Shown: positions 60,230 through 64,000 of the stretch, in pieces
Position numbering within the stretch: the first letter of the stretch is position 1
How the letters are laid out: every line of letters starts with the position of its first letter
Assembly: GCA_963674745.2 (NCBI GenBank)
Contig: CAXXDV010000003.1
Location: 1,536,001 to 1,600,000 of the forward strand
DNA from: Desulfosudaceae bacterium
GTDB taxonomy: Bacteria; Desulfobacterota; Desulfobacteria; Desulfobacterales; Desulfosudaceae
Reading direction: 5' to 3'
DNA length: 64,000 bases
The notes under the pieces: generated by a model
Seen by the model: only the letters and a program-made list of their open reading frames with translations
Database searches by the model: none
Told to the model about the DNA's origin: nothing
Program-made: the position numbers and the translations under genes

Positions 60230-61642
60230 ATGACAAGTCATAAGCAGGTCAGCGCTTTTTGCGATGATATTATCTCCAATATGGATGCCGTGGAAATTGC
60301 CCGCCACATTGCCGCTGGAGAAATAAAAGCATCAGAAGCAGTTGAAGCTTCAATTTTGCGGGCAAAAAAAGTCGACCCCGAACTTAACGCCATTGTGACT
60401 GAAACATTCGAAGACGCCCTTGAAAAAGCAAAAGCCCCTGTTAACGATTTCTTTTACGGGGTTCCGTCCTTTATTAAAGATAATGATGAAGTGAAAGGTT
60501 TTCCCACGCTACAGGGCTCGCGGGCTGTGGCCAAGGTGCCTTCGCCTGAATCCAGTCAATTCGTCAGGCAGTTCCTTTCGACCGGGTTAATCAGCCTTGG
60601 CAAAACATCACTGCCGGAATTTGGCTTAACGGCTACGACCGAGCCTTTGGCGTCCGGCCCGACACGAAATCCCTGGAATTCTGATTTTTCCACGGGCGGT
60701 TCCTCCGGCGGAAGCGCCGCATTGGTGGCGGCAGGCGTTGTTCCGATTGCTCATGGCAATGACGGCGGCGGCTCCATCAGGATCCCCGCGTCCTGCTGCG
60801 GGCTTGTCGGTTTAAAGCCGAGCAGAAACAGGCTGGTAAACATGGAGGCCGGAAAATATCTGCCCATCAATATTCTGCACGAAGGCGTTCTTACCCGCAC
60901 GGTCCGGGACACGGCTCATTTTTTTCATGCAGCCGAGCAATTTTACAAAAACCCAAAGTTTCCTGAAATCGGACTTGTTGAGCACCCCGGCAAAAAACGT
61001 CTGAAAATCGGTATTTTTACAGATTCGCCGTATAGCGAAGCCTGTGACAAGGATATCGCGGAAGCGGTTTACAGTGTGGGCAAAGACTGTGAGCGCCTGG
61101 GGCATAAAGTAGAGGAAATCTCTTCTCCGGCGACAAAACAGATGGGTGATGATTTTATCGTTTACTGGGGGATGCTGGCGTTTTCAATTAAACATTTCGG
61201 CGGCCTGTTTTTCGGGAAAGGGTTTGACAAAACAAAAGTCGAACCCCTTACATCCGGTTTGAGCCGGTATTTTTTTAAAAAATCATACAAGCTTCCGCTT
61301 TTGCCCTTTCGCATGATGCAGTTTACCCGGCTTTATAAAAAAATCTTGGAAGAATATGATGTGCTTCTGTCTCCCGCCCTGGGGCATGAGCCGCCTGAAA
61401 TCGGTTATATGGGCCCGGACGTGCCTTTTGAAACTGCGCTTGAAAGGCTTGAAAAATTTGTGCCGTTTACACCGCCGCAGAACGTTACCGGAACCCCGGC
61501 CATATCATTGCCGTCAGGCCATCAGACGTCAAACGGGCTGCCGGTTGCGATACAATTCGCAGCCGGGCTTGGCCAGGACAAAACCCTGCTGGAACTGGCT
61601 TTTGAAATCGAAGAAGCCAGGCCCTGGCCACTTATCGGATAG
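60230..61642 (+). CDS. Amidase signature family protein
   Basis: IKD; GKT..PEFG; GGSSGGSAA; DGGGSIRIPASCCG. Confidence 0.92.
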   Translation: MTSHKQVSAFCDDIISNMDAVEIARHIAAGEIKASEAVEASILRAKKVDPELNAIVTETFEDALEKAKAPVNDFFYGVPSFIKDNDEVKGFPTLQGSRAVAKVPSPESSQFVRQFLSTGLISLGKTSLPEFGLTATTEPLASGPTRNPWNSDFSTGGSSGGSAALVAAGVVPIAHGNDGGGSIRIPASCCGLVGLKPSRNRLVNMEAGKYLPINILHEGVLTRTVRDTAHFFHAAEQFYKNPKFPEIGLVEHPGKKRLKIGIFTDSPYSEACDKDIAEAVYSVGKDCERLGHKVEEISSPATKQMGDDFIVYWGMLAFSIKHFGGLFFGKGFDKTKVEPLTSGLSRYFFKKSYKLPLLPFRMMQFTRLYKKILEEYDVLLSPALGHEPPEIGYMGPDVPFETALERLEKFVPFTPPQNVTGTPAISLPSGHQTSNGLPVAIQFAAGLGQDKTLLELAFEIEEARPWPLIG

Positions 61643-62114
61643 TTCCGTGGCTCATGTGGCTATAAGTTTAAACTGAGAAATACAACCGGGGTCGGACCAA
61701 ACCAACAGCCTGATCTAAAACAAGACACACGAAATACGGGGAACAGTATATCTGTTTCAAATCTATTGCCTGCAGAAAATAAGTATCATGGATGTCCCCG
61801 GAATACCTTTTCTGTTTTTTTTATCTCTTTGATAATGTCCTGTCAAACCCCGCCTGAAAGGACCATCAACATGTGGTGGCCTCAACAATATTGACATACA
61901 AGGCCGTCCTTGCTATAAATGGTGGCCATAAAAGCAAGTTCTTATCCTTGATGGTTTGGGGGAGGGGATTCCGTCCCACATCGAGATCCCCGCCAACGTC
62001 TTCTGAGACATGGCGGGACCGCCTTGGTTATTCGAGGGCTCGGGACATCCGGATCACAAGCACCCGGGTACGGCTGCAGCCAGACCCGCATAAAACAGGA
62101 GGGAGGACGGTATA

Positions 62115-63290
62115 GTGCGACGCCAGGTATTCATGTTTCTGATTCTTCAAGCATTTCTCACGGTTCTGGTCTTCGCCGTTGGCTTGTTGGCGGGCCAATG
62201 GCGCGTGCTGCACCCGTTTGGAGAATCCATAGCAGCAAGGAACCGGACCCAGTACTTGGCTGCGCATCTCGACAAGGCCCAGCGCGAAAAGATACTGTCC
62301 AGCTACTACGCTGACGGGGCGACTGCCGACACGATTGGGAAAAGCCTATGGAATGTGCCGTACGCGATTGCGCCTTTTGTGGGTACCGCTGCGTGTCCAG
62401 GCGAGTACGGCAGCGGGGCGATCAACTCGATGCTGTGCCGGAACTCGGAGCAACTCGCGATTCCGCGACCCCGCAACGAGTACCGGGTGTTCATCGTCGG
62501 CGGGTCCGCGGCTTTCGGTGTGGGTGCACCTTCTCAGGAACGCACGATTGGCGCGTATCTTGAGCGGGAATTGGCACGGGGGCTCCGCGAGGTGTTTGAT
62601 GACGAAATGGTCGCCAAGGTATGGACCCTTGCCACCCCGGGTTGGTGCTCCACGCACGAACGGATCATGATCGAGAACCGAATCTGCGAGTTTTCCCCAC
62701 ACTGGGTGTTCGCTTTTTCCGGGATCAACGAAGTCCATTGGGGTAGCCGCGGGGAGAACGTCATGTGGTTCCGGACTTTAGATGACAACAACGTGTTTCA
62801 GCTCCTGTCTCAGCTGCAGTGGAAAGCGGCGGGGACGCCTTTGGTCGACATTCTCCCAGTCCCAGAAGCAGCAGTTGCCCCGCAACTCGTCGCGGATCGA
62901 CTGGGCCGAAACGTGGCATCGTCGGCATTTGCACTGTCTGCTGTCGGGGCCCGGTACACGTTCGTGCTGCAGCCCACGCTCTATTTGACCGGGAAAGAAC
63001 GGACCAAGTGGGAGAAGCGTCGTCACGGGCTCGAGTCCCCGAACTACTTCTCGCTATGCTATGAGGCTATGCGTCAGTCGCTGGGAAAAATACAGGCCTG
63101 CAATTTCTCGTGGCTTGACTTGACCCCCGTGTTTGACAACTGCACCAGCGACGTCGGCATATTCCTTGACAACTACCATCTGGGCGACCGCGGAAACGAG
63201 TTGGTGGCGAAAGCCATGGCCAACACAGTGCTGGTGGCACTATCGAAAACACCCGACGCGCTGCGGGGATCCGGGGTTGCGGCCGAATGA
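62115..63290 (+). CDS. SGNH/GDSL-like hydrolase with N-terminal TM, GC-rich
   Basis: VGGSAAFG; SGINE; VLQP; FLDNYHL..RGN. Confidence 0.7.
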   Translation: MRRQVFMFLILQAFLTVLVFAVGLLAGQWRVLHPFGESIAARNRTQYLAAHLDKAQREKILSSYYADGATADTIGKSLWNVPYAIAPFVGTAACPGEYGSGAINSMLCRNSEQLAIPRPRNEYRVFIVGGSAAFGVGAPSQERTIGAYLERELARGLREVFDDEMVAKVWTLATPGWCSTHERIMIENRICEFSPHWVFAFSGINEVHWGSRGENVMWFRTLDDNNVFQLLSQLQWKAAGTPLVDILPVPEAAVAPQLVADRLGRNVASSAFALSAVGARYTFVLQPTLYLTGKERTKWEKRRHGLESPNYFSLCYEAMRQSLGKIQACNFSWLDLTPVFDNCTSDVGIFLDNYHLGDRGNELVAKAMANTVLVALSKTPDALRGSGVAAE

Positions 63291-63780
63291 CAGATTGCCG
63301 AGCCATTCACGCGTGGACCTTCTCTCCGTGACGGCCTGTCCACGGTCGTGAACATCGGCTGTTCGAAGAAGTTGTGGTAGCAGACCAGCACGACCCGGCC
63401 GCTGGCGAGGAATGCCTGCAGGTAGTTTGCGACCGCCAGGCCAGGAACAAGTAGTGAACAGGAACAAGTAGGGGACGTCTTTAAATAATTAAGCAACTTG
63501 CTTCCGCCTTCCCTTTTGTTATTTTTTTCATATGCCAGGAATTGGTATCTCCGGGGTCGGGCCAAACCAACATACTGATTCATAAACGATAACACCTCAA
63601 AAATAAGGCATAGAGTACCTTTCTTGCCCCTGAAAAGTACAGTCTACGCTTTTTCTTATGGAAGGCGAAAAGCCTTCCGCTACATTTATTTGCAAATTTT
63701 GTAATTTCAAATTACTGTTTTTCGTTATATTATAAAATTAATAAAATTTTCCCGATTACACGAACATATCAAGGAGAACA

Positions 63781-64000
63781 ATGATGCAAAAAAACCGTTT
63801 ACACATCAAGGTCGTCCTTTTTCTGGCTGCTTCGTTTGTTCTGATCAGCACCCTTGCCCTGGCCGGCGGCGGGATAAACTGGAAGGTGACTGTTACAAAC
63901 GATACGAATTACAAATGCAAAGTAACCGTGTCGAAGGATAAATTTACTACCCTTGAATGGATGGGGTGGCGAACATTAGAACCCGGGCAGCAGACCACCT
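63781..64000 (+). CDS. Small secreted 'GGGIN' family protein (paralogue 3), runs off window end
   Basis: Manual translation MMQKNRLHIKVVLFLAASFVLISTLALA-GGGINWKVTVTNDTNYKCKVTVSKDK...; RBS aaggag; absent from the ORF track. Confidence 0.8.
   Translation, partial: MMQKNRLHIKVVLFLAASFVLISTLALAGGGINWKVTVTNDTNYKCKVTVSKDKFTTLEWMGWRTLEPGQQTT

Overview
64-kb chromosomal window from what looks like a sulfate-reducing Desulfobacterota/Desulfobacterales bacterium (inferred from gene content). It is a mosaic of unrelated single genes and short operons, and most are separated by palindromic REP/MITE-type repeats of about six families. One RAYT-type HUH transposase and several transposase remnants are present. 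Main contents: (i) a TetR-associated amine/amide catabolic operon (ald, amidohydrolase, two class-III aminotransferases). The second aminotransferase lacks the PLP lysine and the first lacks the Thr loop donated in trans, which suggests an obligate heterodimer with one composite active site. The same 14-bp operator also precedes a Mo-bisPGD oxidoreductase. (ii) An AT-rich defence islet: an orphan BglII/BstYI-like nuclease plus a Detocs-type dtcABC system. (iii) A FadR-regulated glycyl-radical enzyme coupled to a YhhN/lysoplasmalogenase-like membrane protein, bracketed by a ~207-bp duplication of a GIY-YIG gene end. (iv) Three dispersed paralogues of an unrecognised small secreted Cys-rich protein whose mature form begins GGGIN. 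(v) Large surface proteins (two with Gly-rich GCF tails, a MopE/DUF1566 protein behind a probable attenuator, a YadA-like adhesin), an MCP, a stand-alone GMP-synthase ATPPase, a tRNA-Pro-like 3' scar and several hydrolases. No rRNA, complete tRNA or CRISPR array was seen. All family assignments come from motif recognition only; no searches were run.
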